64,000 bases of DNA from Planctomycetota bacterium (GCA_004295085.1 SHNF01000006.1:287675-351674); one strand, 5' to 3'; numbered from the stretch's first letter, positions 27,475 to 35,932 are shown. Program-made: numbers and translations. The notes: generated by a model not told the origin, from the sequence alone.

Positions 27475-28911
27475 ATGGACGTCCATGAGTTCCGGGAGGC
27501 GGGGCACCGCGCGGTGGACGCCATGGCGGATTACCTGGCCGGCATCGAGGAGCGGCGCGTGTTTCCCGCGGTCACTCCGGCCGAGATGGAAGCGCTGTTC
27601 GACGCGCCGCTGCCGCGCGCAGGCATGCCGCTGGCGCAGGTGCTGGAGCAGGTGGAAGCCAGGCTCATGCCCAACTGCACGCACGTGGGCCATCCGGGAT
27701 ACCTGGGTCTGATCACCCCTTCGCCCGCGCCGGCGGGAGTGCTGGGCGACTTCATCGCCGCGGCGCTCAACCAGAACATCGGCGCCTACAGCATCGGGCC
27801 GGCGGCGGTCAGCCTGGAGCGGCGCGTGGTGCGCTGGCTGGCCGACCTCGTCGGCTTCGGGCCCGAGGCCGGCGGGCACCTGACCAGCGGCGGCATGCTG
27901 GCCAACCTGACCGGCCTCAAGCTGGCGCGCGACGCGGTTTCCGGCAATCGCGTGCAGCACGAAGGCGTGCGCGGCCCCAGCGGCGTGTACGTGTCCGAGG
28001 AGCGCCACGTGTCGGTGGACAAGTCCCTGGACGCGATCGGGCTGGGACGCGACAGTCTGCGCGCGCTGCCGACCGACGACGCCTACCAACTGCGCCTGGA
28101 CGCGCTGGAGCAGGCGATCACGCAGGATCGCCGGCGCGGGGTCCGTCCGCTGGCGGTGGTGGCGATGGCGGGCACGACCAACACCGGCTCGGTGGACGAT
28201 CTGGCCGCCATCCGCGGGATCTGCGACCGCGAGAGTCTATGGATGCACGTGGACGCGGCCTACGGCGGCGGAATGCTGCTGTCCAGGGCGCATCCCGGCG
28301 TCCTGGACGGCATCGAGCGCGCCGACTCGGTCACGATCGATCCGCACAAGTGGTTCTACGCGCCGCTGGACGCGGGCGCCATCCTGGTGCGCGACGGCGC
28401 GCAGCTCACGCGCTCGTTCGGGATCAAGCCGCCGTACCTGACCGACGAGCTGGACGCCGCCGGCGAGCGCTTCCAGTACTACGTGCACAGCCTGGAGCAG
28501 TCGCGCCGCTTGCGCGGGCTGAAGGTGTGGATGAGCTTCCAGCGCTACGGCAGCCGCCAGATCGGGCGCTGGATCGACGACAACGTGGCCGTGGCGCGGC
28601 GCCTGCACGATCTGGCCGCCGCCAGCCCGGACTTCCGCTCGGCCACGCCGCCGCGCATGTCCGGCGTGTGCCTCCGATACGAGTGCGGGCTGGACGAGCG
28701 GCGCTCGGCCGCGCTGCATGCGCGCGTGGCCCAGCGCATGGAGACGCTCGGCCGCTTCTGGTTCTCGACCACGGTCATGAAGGGCGTCACCTTCTTCCGC
28801 GTCAACGTCGTCAACTTCCGCACCCGCCCCGAGCACATGGACGAGCTGTTCGCGCTGCTGCGCGCGGAGTGCGTGCGCGCTCACGACGCGCTGGCCGCCG
28901 CACGCCCGTAG
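27475..28911 (+). CDS. group II pyridoxal-phosphate-dependent decarboxylase (aromatic-amino-acid / diaminobutyrate decarboxylase-like)
   Basis: HPGYLGLITPSPAPAGVLGDF, HLTSGGMLANLTGLKLAR, MHVDAAYGGGMLLS, DSVTIDPHKWFYAPLDAGAILV. Confidence 0.85.
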   Translation: MDVHEFREAGHRAVDAMADYLAGIEERRVFPAVTPAEMEALFDAPLPRAGMPLAQVLEQVEARLMPNCTHVGHPGYLGLITPSPAPAGVLGDFIAAALNQNIGAYSIGPAAVSLERRVVRWLADLVGFGPEAGGHLTSGGMLANLTGLKLARDAVSGNRVQHEGVRGPSGVYVSEERHVSVDKSLDAIGLGRDSLRALPTDDAYQLRLDALEQAITQDRRRGVRPLAVVAMAGTTNTGSVDDLAAIRGICDRESLWMHVDAAYGGGMLLSRAHPGVLDGIERADSVTIDPHKWFYAPLDAGAILVRDGAQLTRSFGIKPPYLTDELDAAGERFQYYVHSLEQSRRLRGLKVWMSFQRYGSRQIGRWIDDNVAVARRLHDLAAASPDFRSATPPRMSGVCLRYECGLDERRSAALHARVAQRMETLGRFWFSTTVMKGVTFFRVNVVNFRTRPEHMDELFALLRAECVRAHDALAAARP

Positions 28912-28934
28912 CGCGCGCCCGGAGCGTGCGTCCG

Positions 28935-29612
28935 CTAGCCGAAGCGGTCGGCCTGCGGGTCCCAGAACGGGCCGTGCAGCCCGATCCCGGCGAAGATGCG
29001 CCGCATCTCGTCCGGGCCTGGGCGGCGCGCCTCCGGGCTGAGGCGGTTCTCGTACCAGGCCAGCGCCAGCCGCCATAGCTGCTCCAGGCTCACCAGCGGG
29101 CGCCTGGGCCGGCCGCGGGCCGCGCACCACTGATCCACCATGTCTTCCGACCGGAAGAAGGACATCGTGCTTCAGGTGTAGACGATGTCGTCCCACCAGT
29201 GGGCCGCGGGCACGGCGAAGTGGATGACGCAGGGCACGGGCTCCGGCCCGTCCCGGCCCACGCGGATGCTCAGCGGCTCCAGGCTCTGCTCGCAGCGCGA
29301 GGACACCTGGCCCGCAGCGTGCAGGGCGGCGGGAACGCCCAGCGCATCCCAGGCGCAGTTGGCGAAGTACTCCTTGTCTCCGACCCGCACGCGGTGCTGG
29401 GTCTCGACCCCCGAGAACGGCGGCGCCATGCGGATGCTCTCGCCGTCGTCCTGGAGCACGAGCACGCGCCTGGCGTAGAGCCGCTGGTAGGCCGCGCGGA
29501 TCTCCGCCGCGCTCCTGCCGAGCGCGCGGGACATCTGCGTCACGCTCGGCGCGACCGCGTTCGCGGCGATGTGCCGGTAGATCGCCAGCCGGAGCTCGGT
29601 GTCCGCATCCAC
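28935..29612 (-). CDS. alkylmercury-lyase (MerB)-like protein with predicted selenocysteine (TGA, complement of 29172-29174) at the catalytic-Cys position
   Basis: Listed ORFs 29172..29732 and 28935..29165 are in the same frame, separated by TGA-AGC-ACG. YFANCAWDAL aligns with MerB YAWCALDTL (C96/D99). QVSSRCEQSLEPLSIRV aligns with RVSSHCAATGAPVSLTV. YT-U-STMSFFRSEDMVDQW aligns with SF-C-CHVHFFASVPTAEDW (C159). The GTG start at 29612 gives 225 aa, which is MerB-like in size; the upstream ATGs at 29711/29732 would overlap the divergent gene. Confidence 0.7.
29140..29165 (-). promoter_or_regulatory. candidate bacterial SECIS hairpin
   Basis: mRNA AUGU-CCUU-CUUCC-GGUC-GGAAG-ACAU. The lower stem is 4 bp, there is a 4-nt 5' bulge, the upper stem is 5 bp, and the apical loop is GGUC. 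It begins 6 nt after the in-frame UGA, with the loop about 19 nt downstream. Confidence 0.55.
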
Positions 29613-29616
29613 GCCC

Positions 29617-29637
29617 GGATTGTAGGCGGATTGTAGG
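29617..29637. repeat. tandem direct repeat GGATTGTAGG-C-GGATTGTAGG (11-nt period) in the divergent spacer; reads as two TACAAT boxes on the minus strand
   Basis: Read directly. It is unusually AT-rich for this DNA. It lies 5 nt upstream of the proposed GTG (29612) of the MerB-like gene and 43 nt upstream of the ATG (29680) of the methyltransferase gene. Confidence 0.8.
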
Positions 29638-29679
29638 AGTCGGAGGCAACCTGGGCGCGCCGGCGGCGGCCCATGGCCT

Positions 29680-30528
29680 ATGCTGGCACGCGTGGCGGCC
29701 GCGATCACCATCCTGGATGGCCCGGTCGGCACGGAGCTGGCCGCGCGCGGCGTGCCGACGCCGCTGCCGCAGTGGAGCGCGTGGGCGCTGGCGCATCGGC
29801 CGGAAGCGGTGGCGGCGATCCACCGCGACTACGCCGCCGCCGGGGCCACCGTGCACACCGCCAACACATTTCGCACGCAGCGTCGCATCTTTCCGGAAGA
29901 CTGGGAGCGCCTGGCGCGCCTGGCGGTGGCGATCGCGCGCGCATCGGTCCCGCCGCCGCAGCGCGTGGCCGGCAGCATGGCGCCGCTGGAGGACTGCTAC
30001 TCGCCCTGGCTCAGCCCGCCCGACCCCCGGCCCGCGCACCGCGCGCTGGCGCGCGTGCTGGCCGACTGCGGCGTCGATCTGCTGCTGTGCGAGACCTTTC
30101 CGCACGTGGGCGAAGCCCTGATCGCGCTCGAGGAAGCGGTGGCGGCCGGCGTCCCGTCCTGGGTCAGCTTCACCGCCGGTCCCAATGCCGACCTCCTGAC
30201 GCCGGACGAGGTGCACGCAGCGGCGCGGTCGGCCCGGGAGCGCGGCGCGGCTGCGGTGCTGGTGAACTGCGTGCCCGCCGCGCGCACCCTGGAGTTCGTG
30301 CAGGCGCTGGCCGGCGCCGGCCTGCCGTTCGGCGCCTACGCCAACGCCGGCGCGGCCGACGAGCGGATCGGCTGGAAGCCCGAGCCGCTGGCCGCCGAGC
30401 GCTACGCGCGCCTGGCGGCGCAGTGGGTGGCCGCCGGAGCCAGCATCGTCGGCGGCTGCTGCGGCACCGGGCCGGAGCACGTCGCCGCGCTCAGAAGCAG
30501 TGCGTCATGCCGTTGCTCAGCGCGGTGA
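29680..30528 (+). CDS. homocysteine S-methyltransferase family protein
   Basis: ILDGPVGTEL, HRDYAAAGATVHTANTF, LLLCETFP, VLVNC and the C-terminal zinc-site string IVGGCCGTGPEHV. Confidence 0.85.
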   Translation: MLARVAAAITILDGPVGTELAARGVPTPLPQWSAWALAHRPEAVAAIHRDYAAAGATVHTANTFRTQRRIFPEDWERLARLAVAIARASVPPPQRVAGSMAPLEDCYSPWLSPPDPRPAHRALARVLADCGVDLLLCETFPHVGEALIALEEAVAAGVPSWVSFTAGPNADLLTPDEVHAAARSARERGAAAVLVNCVPAARTLEFVQALAGAGLPFGAYANAGAADERIGWKPEPLAAERYARLAAQWVAAGASIVGGCCGTGPEHVAALRSSASCRCSAR

Positions 30529-31600
30529 CGTTGGCCGGGCTGAACGGACCGTTGGTCTCGACCGCCTGCACGTACAGGCGCGCCGGCGGGTTGAAGGGAA
30601 GGTTGAGGAAGCCCACCCCGTTCGGCATCGCGATCGGCTGCGCGGTGGCCATGTCGGCCAGGCTGACCAGCAGCGTCCCCTGGCCGCCGAGCACGCCGCG
30701 GTCCTGCGGCAGCGTGCTCAGGACCAGCCAGTAGCTGCGCCCGGCCTGCGGCGCCGTCACCTGCCAGGTCGCCGGACGCCCCTGCTCGATCGGCAAGGTG
30801 GTGATCAGCTCGAGCGTGTCCAGCGGCCGCGGGTAGGCCGGATCCTGCGAGCGGTAGCGCATGCCGTTGGGCAGCGGCCCGTACATCTTCATGCCGAAGC
30901 GCGCGCTGGGGAAGAAGCCGAAGGAGCGGCAGCCGAGGTAGCCGCCCGGGCGCGCGAAGGTGGCCACGGTGTCGTAGGTGAGATAGCCGCCGGTGCGCAG
31001 GGACGGACCGGTGACCGGCTGGTGCACCACGATGCTCCAGCCGAACAGCATGGACGTGCTGGCGGTCCCGAAGCTCTGCGCCAGCGTGGCCGGGCACTCG
31101 AAGCCGCCGCTGAGGTCCACGCGCAGCGTCCAGCAGCGCGTGTCGCCGGTGGGCGAGCCCAGCGGCACGCCGGTGATCAGGTAGCCGCAGTTGGCCGCCG
31201 GCCACGCGGGCGGCCCACTGCACAAGGCCATCTCGTCATAGAAGCGGATGGTCAGGGTCCCGGAGTTCCCGGTCGCATCCGGCTCGGCCGAGCAGTAGGG
31301 CAGGTCGAAGCCGTTGATCTGGTCCTGGCCGCAGGGATTGCGGTCCAGCAGTCCGCCCTCGTCCACCCATTCCTCCCCGGGATTGGGCGTGGCGAAGTAC
31401 ACCGTGTGCAGCATGTTGTTGAACAGCACCGAGGGCCCCGAGCGCGCGCCGTTCGGCGCGTCCGGCGGCAGCAGCGTGCCGTCCGCGACGCGATACACGC
31501 CGGCGAAGCGCGCCGGCACGGCGCGCTCCAGGGACGGGGCCTGCGCCGACGCGGCCGCGGACAGGCTGGCCAGGAACGCGATGCTGCAGAAAAAGCGCAC
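30491..31600 (-). CDS. secreted hypothetical protein (Cys-containing, unknown family)
   Basis: GTG at 31600 is preceded by GGAGG 9 nt upstream and gives the signal peptide VRFFCSIAFLASLSAAASAQA. Composition is protein-like. The C-terminal module is shared with other secreted proteins in the window. Confidence 0.6.
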   Translation of the reverse strand: MRFFCSIAFLASLSAAASAQAPSLERAVPARFAGVYRVADGTLLPPDAPNGARSGPSVLFNNMLHTVYFATPNPGEEWVDEGGLLDRNPCGQDQINGFDLPYCSAEPDATGNSGTLTIRFYDEMALCSGPPAWPAANCGYLITGVPLGSPTGDTRCWTLRVDLSGGFECPATLAQSFGTASTSMLFGWSIVVHQPVTGPSLRTGGYLTYDTVATFARPGGYLGCRSFGFFPSARFGMKMYGPLPNGMRYRSQDPAYPRPLDTLELITTLPIEQGRPATWQVTAPQAGRSYWLVLSTLPQDRGVLGGQGTLLVSLADMATAQPIAMPNGVGFLNLPFNPPARLYVQAVETNGPFSPANVTALSNGMTHCF

Positions 31601-31798
31601 GATGGAGGTCCTCCGGAGGGAACAAGCGGGATGCAACGATGCTACCAGCGTGCCCAACGCCGGCGCCGCCGCAGGTCCCGCAGGCCCTTGCGGATAGGTT
31701 TCCGGTCTGGAACCTCTGGGACGCAGGTTTCACGCGCGGCAGCTATCCGCCATGGCTCACAAGGCGAGCCTCCGGCCGGTGCAGTCCGCGCGGCCGCG

Positions 31799-32569
31799 TC
31801 ACTGCGGCTTGCGCGGCGGCAGCCACAGCTCGAGCAGGCTGCCGAGTGCCGCCACAGCGAAGGCCAGGGCATAGGCGCCGCCCGCGAGCACGATCAGCCA
31901 CACCGCGGCGGCGGAGGAACGCGCCAGCCACCAGCCGGCGACATCCAGCAGGACGCTGGCGCCGCCGAGCAGGAAGATCCCGGAGCGCAGGCCGCGCGGC
32001 CAGCGCGTCAGCACGAACAGGCCGCACACCACCAGGGTGACCAGCGGGATGGTCTGGGCGTGCGCGTGGGTGCTGACCGTGAGTATGCCGACGGGAACGG
32101 GATCCAGCTGCTTGCTGAAGGCAACCTTGGACACGGAGTCCCAGGAGTCCAGCGGCAGGCGCTCGCCGATGCCATCGCCCTCGGTCGCGTTGCGCGCGTG
32201 GCAGGACAAGCAGTTGCGGTCCAGGATCTCGGCGGGGGAATTGTCGCCCAGCTCCAGGCTGTCGTACTCCTCGCTCAGCTTGGCTCCGGCCAGCCACTTG
32301 CGCAGGGTCTCGCGCTCGGCCGCGACCGGGAGGTACTGCTCGCCGTGGGCGCCGGTGACCGCGCGGATCAGGGGCGCCTCGGCCCGGACGCCGTGGTAGG
32401 CGCCCATCAGGTCGGTCATGCTGAGGCCGGCCTGCTCGTCCTTCCTGGAATGGTGGTCGAAGACGTAGCGGACCGAGGCGGCGTAGCCGCCGGCCAGCGT
32501 CAGGAGCAGCGCCGTCAGCCCGAGCCGCAGGGCCAGCGAGAGCTCGTGCAGGCGCGGCAACCGGTCCAA
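31799..32569 (-). CDS. membrane protein with one CxxCH heme-c-type motif
   Basis: N-terminal TM (LALRLGLTALLLTLAGGYAA), soluble segment with NCLSCHARN, and three C-terminal TM helices. It lies 4 nt downstream of the oxidoreductase gene. Confidence 0.6.
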   Translation of the reverse strand: MDRLPRLHELSLALRLGLTALLLTLAGGYAASVRYVFDHHSRKDEQAGLSMTDLMGAYHGVRAEAPLIRAVTGAHGEQYLPVAAERETLRKWLAGAKLSEEYDSLELGDNSPAEILDRNCLSCHARNATEGDGIGERLPLDSWDSVSKVAFSKQLDPVPVGILTVSTHAHAQTIPLVTLVVCGLFVLTRWPRGLRSGIFLLGGASVLLDVAGWWLARSSAAAVWLIVLAGGAYALAFAVAALGSLLELWLPPRKPQ

Positions 32570-32573
32570 GGGA

Positions 32574-33806
32574 TCACTCCAGCCGGAAAAGGTCTTCGCT
32601 CAGCGCCTGTTCCTTGCCGCTGGTCACGGCCGCGTGCGCCTGGATGCCGATGACGGCGGCGCGCAGGCCGTCCTCGGCGCTGGCGGCCGGGGGTTTGTCC
32701 TCCAGCACGCACTTGAGGAAGTCCTCGAGCGCGTAGTAAAGGGGCGGGTTGGGCAGGCCGATGCCCTCCTTGAGCTTGCCCTGCGCGGCCAGCTTGGTGG
32801 CGTCGGCGATCAAGGTGATGCCCTCGTCGTTGTGGAAGCGCTCCTTGGAAGCGTACACCTCCCAGCCCTGCGTGGGCGCGTCGGCCTCCTTGAACATCCA
32901 GCCGAAGGTCTCGGCCATGCGGATCGTGGACTGGCTGCCGCGGAACAGCTCGTACTGGCCCTCGTACGAGGAGCACAGCGAGGCCTGGAAGCGCAGCGGC
33001 GGGCCGTCCGGGTAGTCCAGGTCGAGCTCGACGCTGTCGGGGATCGTGCGCCCGTCCTCCCACAGGCGCACGGCGCCGCTGCCGCGCACGGCGCGCGGCG
33101 TCTGGTTGAGGAACCAGTTGACCACGTCCACCTGGTGCGAGGCGACCTCGCCCGGCAGGCCGGTGCTGACCGCCGCGTCCAGGCGCCAGTTCATGTCGGC
33201 CTCGGTCCCGACCTGCCACGAGGTCTTCTGGTTCCAGGCGGCGCGCAGCGCCACTACGCGGTCCAGGGAACCGGCGCGCGCGAAGGAGCGGGCCAGCTTG
33301 TACACCGGGTTGCTGCGCGCCTGCAGGCCGACAGCGAACCGGGTCTTCGCGCCGCGCGCGGCCCGGGCCAGCTCCTTGCAATCGGCGACGCTGTGGCACA
33401 GCGGCGCCTCGCAGTACACGTGCTTGCCCGCGCTCATGGCTTCCAGGGCCGCGACCTTGTGCTGGTGCGTGGACGTGGAGACGATCACGGCCTGCACGTC
33501 GGCGCGCTTGGCCAGCAGCTCGGACAGGCTGGTGAAGCCCTCCGCGTCCTTGGCGCGGCGCTGGCCGGCGCGCATGCGGCCCTCGTTGACGTCGCACACG
33601 GCCACGACCTGCGCCTGCGCGAACTTGGCCAGCTCGCCCAGGATCGCGCGGCCCTGCCGGCCGACGCCCACGACGGCCAGCTTCGCCGGGTCGGCCGCGC
33701 GCGGCGGCCAAGGCTGCAGCAGGGGCGCGAAGGCGAAGGCGCCTCCGGTGGTGGCGACCAGGAAGTCGCGGCGATCGGGCTCAGACATGGGCTGGGTCGG
33801 GGACAA
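32574..33806 (-). CDS. Gfo/Idh/MocA family oxidoreductase with a Tat-type signal
   Basis: RRDFLVATTGGAFAFA, Rossmann motif LAVVGVGRQGRA, and the family string AGKHVYCEAPL. Confidence 0.9.
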   Translation of the reverse strand: MSPTQPMSEPDRRDFLVATTGGAFAFAPLLQPWPPRAADPAKLAVVGVGRQGRAILGELAKFAQAQVVAVCDVNEGRMRAGQRRAKDAEGFTSLSELLAKRADVQAVIVSTSTHQHKVAALEAMSAGKHVYCEAPLCHSVADCKELARAARGAKTRFAVGLQARSNPVYKLARSFARAGSLDRVVALRAAWNQKTSWQVGTEADMNWRLDAAVSTGLPGEVASHQVDVVNWFLNQTPRAVRGSGAVRLWEDGRTIPDSVELDLDYPDGPPLRFQASLCSSYEGQYELFRGSQSTIRMAETFGWMFKEADAPTQGWEVYASKERFHNDEGITLIADATKLAAQGKLKEGIGLPNPPLYYALEDFLKCVLEDKPPAASAEDGLRAAVIGIQAHAAVTSGKEQALSEDLFRLE

Positions 33807-34599
33807 GGAGGGTCCAGGTTAGCGGCGCTGCCGGCGGAACCGCGCCGAGCACGAGCAGCGCGGTGGACCACGCGTCGGCCAGGGCCGCGCTGGTCGCGGT
33901 GCACGCGGCCAGGGCCATTCCCTGGACCGGCGCGGCGCGGCGCGGATCGAGCACGTGCCCGTGGCGGCGGCCGTCGCGCTCGGCCGTGCGCCCGTGCGGC
34001 GCGCTCACGCCCAGCGCCGCGTCGCGCAGCGCGACGTCGGGACCGCCACGGATGCGCACCTTCCAGGCCTCGGCCCCAGGCGGGGCGCCCAGCGCCAGCA
34101 CCGAGCTGGTGCCGCCGTGCAGGAGCGCGCTGGCGACGCCGGCGGCGCGCAGGGCCTCGGCGGCGCGGTCCAGCGCCCAGCCCTTGCCCACGGCGCCGAA
34201 GTCGAGCTGCATGCCGGCCGGGATGCGCACCGTATGCGCCGCCTCGTCCACCAGCACGCGCTCGAAGCCGGCGCGCGCCGCGCCGCCCGCGTGCGGCCCC
34301 CGGAAGCCCCAGTTCTCCATGAGCGCGCCGACGCCGGGATCGAAGGCGCCGCGCGTCGCGGCGTGCACCCGGGCGCACAGCTGCAGCAGCTCCAGGAACT
34401 CGTCGTCCACGCGCACCGCGGTTCCGGCGCCGGCGTTCACGCGCGCCGTCAGGCTGTCACGGCGGAACGCGCTGAGACGCTGCTCGGTCTCGCGGATCGC
34501 GTCCAGCGCCGCCTCGCCGCCGGCGCGCGCCCGCGGCCCGTCGCCGGCAAGGACCAGCTCGAAGCGCGTGGCCATCGCCGCCAGAGCGAGGCGCTGCAA
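33781..34599 (-). CDS. apbE: FAD:protein FMN transferase (ApbE family), second copy, no obvious signal peptide
   Basis: AAMATRFELVL, GAFDPGVGALMENWG, DFGAVGKGWALDRA, GVSAPHGR...GRRHGHVLDPRRAAP. It overlaps the downstream gene start by 26 nt. Confidence 0.85.
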   Translation of the reverse strand: MQRLALAAMATRFELVLAGDGPRARAGGEAALDAIRETEQRLSAFRRDSLTARVNAGAGTAVRVDDEFLELLQLCARVHAATRGAFDPGVGALMENWGFRGPHAGGAARAGFERVLVDEAAHTVRIPAGMQLDFGAVGKGWALDRAAEALRAAGVASALLHGGTSSVLALGAPPGAEAWKVRIRGGPDVALRDAALGVSAPHGRTAERDGRRHGHVLDPRRAAPVQGMALAACTATSAALADAWSTALLVLGAVPPAAPLTWTLLVPDPAHV

Positions 34600-34612
34600 G
34601 GCGGCTGGGCGG

Positions 34613-35932
34613 CTAGGCGGTGGTCACGCGCATGCGGTCGGGATCGAACTCGAAGGCGTGCCCTTCCCACATGGAGCGCGTGCCCAGGTCCACCGCCACC
34701 ATCACCTTGGTGGCCAGGTCGATGTTGCCGGGCGGCGTCTCGCGGCTGCGCATGCACTGCAGCCAGCGCACGCGCATCTCGTCCTGGTCGGCGACGTCCG
34801 GGCAGCGCACTTCCTGGGGATCCATCTCGTCGGCGTAGATGCGCTCCGGACTGAGCCGGCAGTTGCCGCCGCCGAGGTCCAGGGTGCCCTTGTGGCCGCG
34901 GATGTTGGTCGGCAGCCCGATCTCGTTGGCGGTGCTGCCGGCGATCAGCATGATGTGCTTGGGGTCGTCGAACTGCACGGTCATGTTCACCTGGTCGTGG
35001 TTCTCCATGGCCAGGTCCACGAAGTGATCGCCGTGGGCGCTGACGCGCCGCGGCCAGCCCAGGTTCGCGGTCCAGAACAGCGGCGTCATCATGTGCACCA
35101 GCAGGTCGCCGACGATCCCGGTGCTCCAGTCCTTGTAGCGGCGCCAGCGGTGGAACACGAGCGTGTCGAAGGGGATGCGCTTGGCGGGGCCGCACCAGGC
35201 CTCCCAGTCCAGGTTGGGGCCGGGCACCACTTCCGGATCCACGGCGTAGTAGTTCCACTCCCCGTCCTTGCTGTTGCGGCAGTAGCTGGTCTGCGAGGAC
35301 ACTACCGTGCCCAGCGCGCCCTGCTCCAGCAGCTTCTTGGCCTCGCCGTACTTGCCCAGCATGATGTGCTGGGTGCCGACGTTGAACACGCGGTCGTGGT
35401 CGAGCACGACCTTGCGCAGCTCCAGCGCCTCCGGCAGGCGCAAGGTCATGGGCTTCTCGCAGTACACGTCCTTGCCGGCGCGCAGCGCGTCGGCGGCCAT
35501 CTGCGCGTGCCAGTGCTCGGGCGAGGCGATGAGGACGCCATGGATGTCCGGGCGCTTGAGCAGTTCGCGGTAGTCGCGGAAGGCGAGCACCTCGCCCAGC
35601 TCCGGCTGGCCTTCCGCGCACGTGCGCTGGGCGTGGTCCAGGTGCGGCTTGCACACGTCGGCCACGGCCACCACCGCCACCTTCTCGCGCCCGGCCTGGG
35701 CCAGTCGGATGAAGGCGCGGCAGTGCTCCGTCCCCATGCCGCCCGTGCCGATGACGCCGATACGGATGGGCTCGTCCGGACCGGGTGGAGCCGCGGGGTA
35801 GTACTTGGGTCCGACGTGCAGGCGCCGGGAGTTGGCGTTCGGCGGCAGTGCACAGGCGCCGAGCACGGCGCCCGCGCCGGCGGCGGCGAGGAACTGGCGG
35901 CGGGAGGATTGATCGCGGCGTCGGGGGGCCAT
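34613..35932 (-). CDS. Gfo/Idh/MocA family oxidoreductase with a Tat-type signal
   Basis: ATG at 35932 with GGAGA 7 nt upstream. SRRQFLAAAGAGAVLGA, IRIGVIGTGGMGTEH, LIASPEHWHAQMAADALRAGKDVYCEKPM. Confidence 0.9.
   Translation of the reverse strand: MAPRRRDQSSRRQFLAAAGAGAVLGACALPPNANSRRLHVGPKYYPAAPPGPDEPIRIGVIGTGGMGTEHCRAFIRLAQAGREKVAVVAVADVCKPHLDHAQRTCAEGQPELGEVLAFRDYRELLKRPDIHGVLIASPEHWHAQMAADALRAGKDVYCEKPMTLRLPEALELRKVVLDHDRVFNVGTQHIMLGKYGEAKKLLEQGALGTVVSSQTSYCRNSKDGEWNYYAVDPEVVPGPNLDWEAWCGPAKRIPFDTLVFHRWRRYKDWSTGIVGDLLVHMMTPLFWTANLGWPRRVSAHGDHFVDLAMENHDQVNMTVQFDDPKHIMLIAGSTANEIGLPTNIRGHKGTLDLGGGNCRLSPERIYADEMDPQEVRCPDVADQDEMRVRWLQCMRSRETPPGNIDLATKVMVAVDLGTRSMWEGHAFEFDPDRMRVTTA

Noticed and set aside
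29613-29732. Longer version of the MerB-like gene starting at ATG 29732 or 29711
   Set aside because: It would overlap the divergent methyltransferase start (29680) and add about 40 residues of Pro/Gly/Ala-rich sequence with no counterpart in MerB. The GTG at 29612 gives a MerB-sized product. This remains a possibility rather than a firm exclusion.
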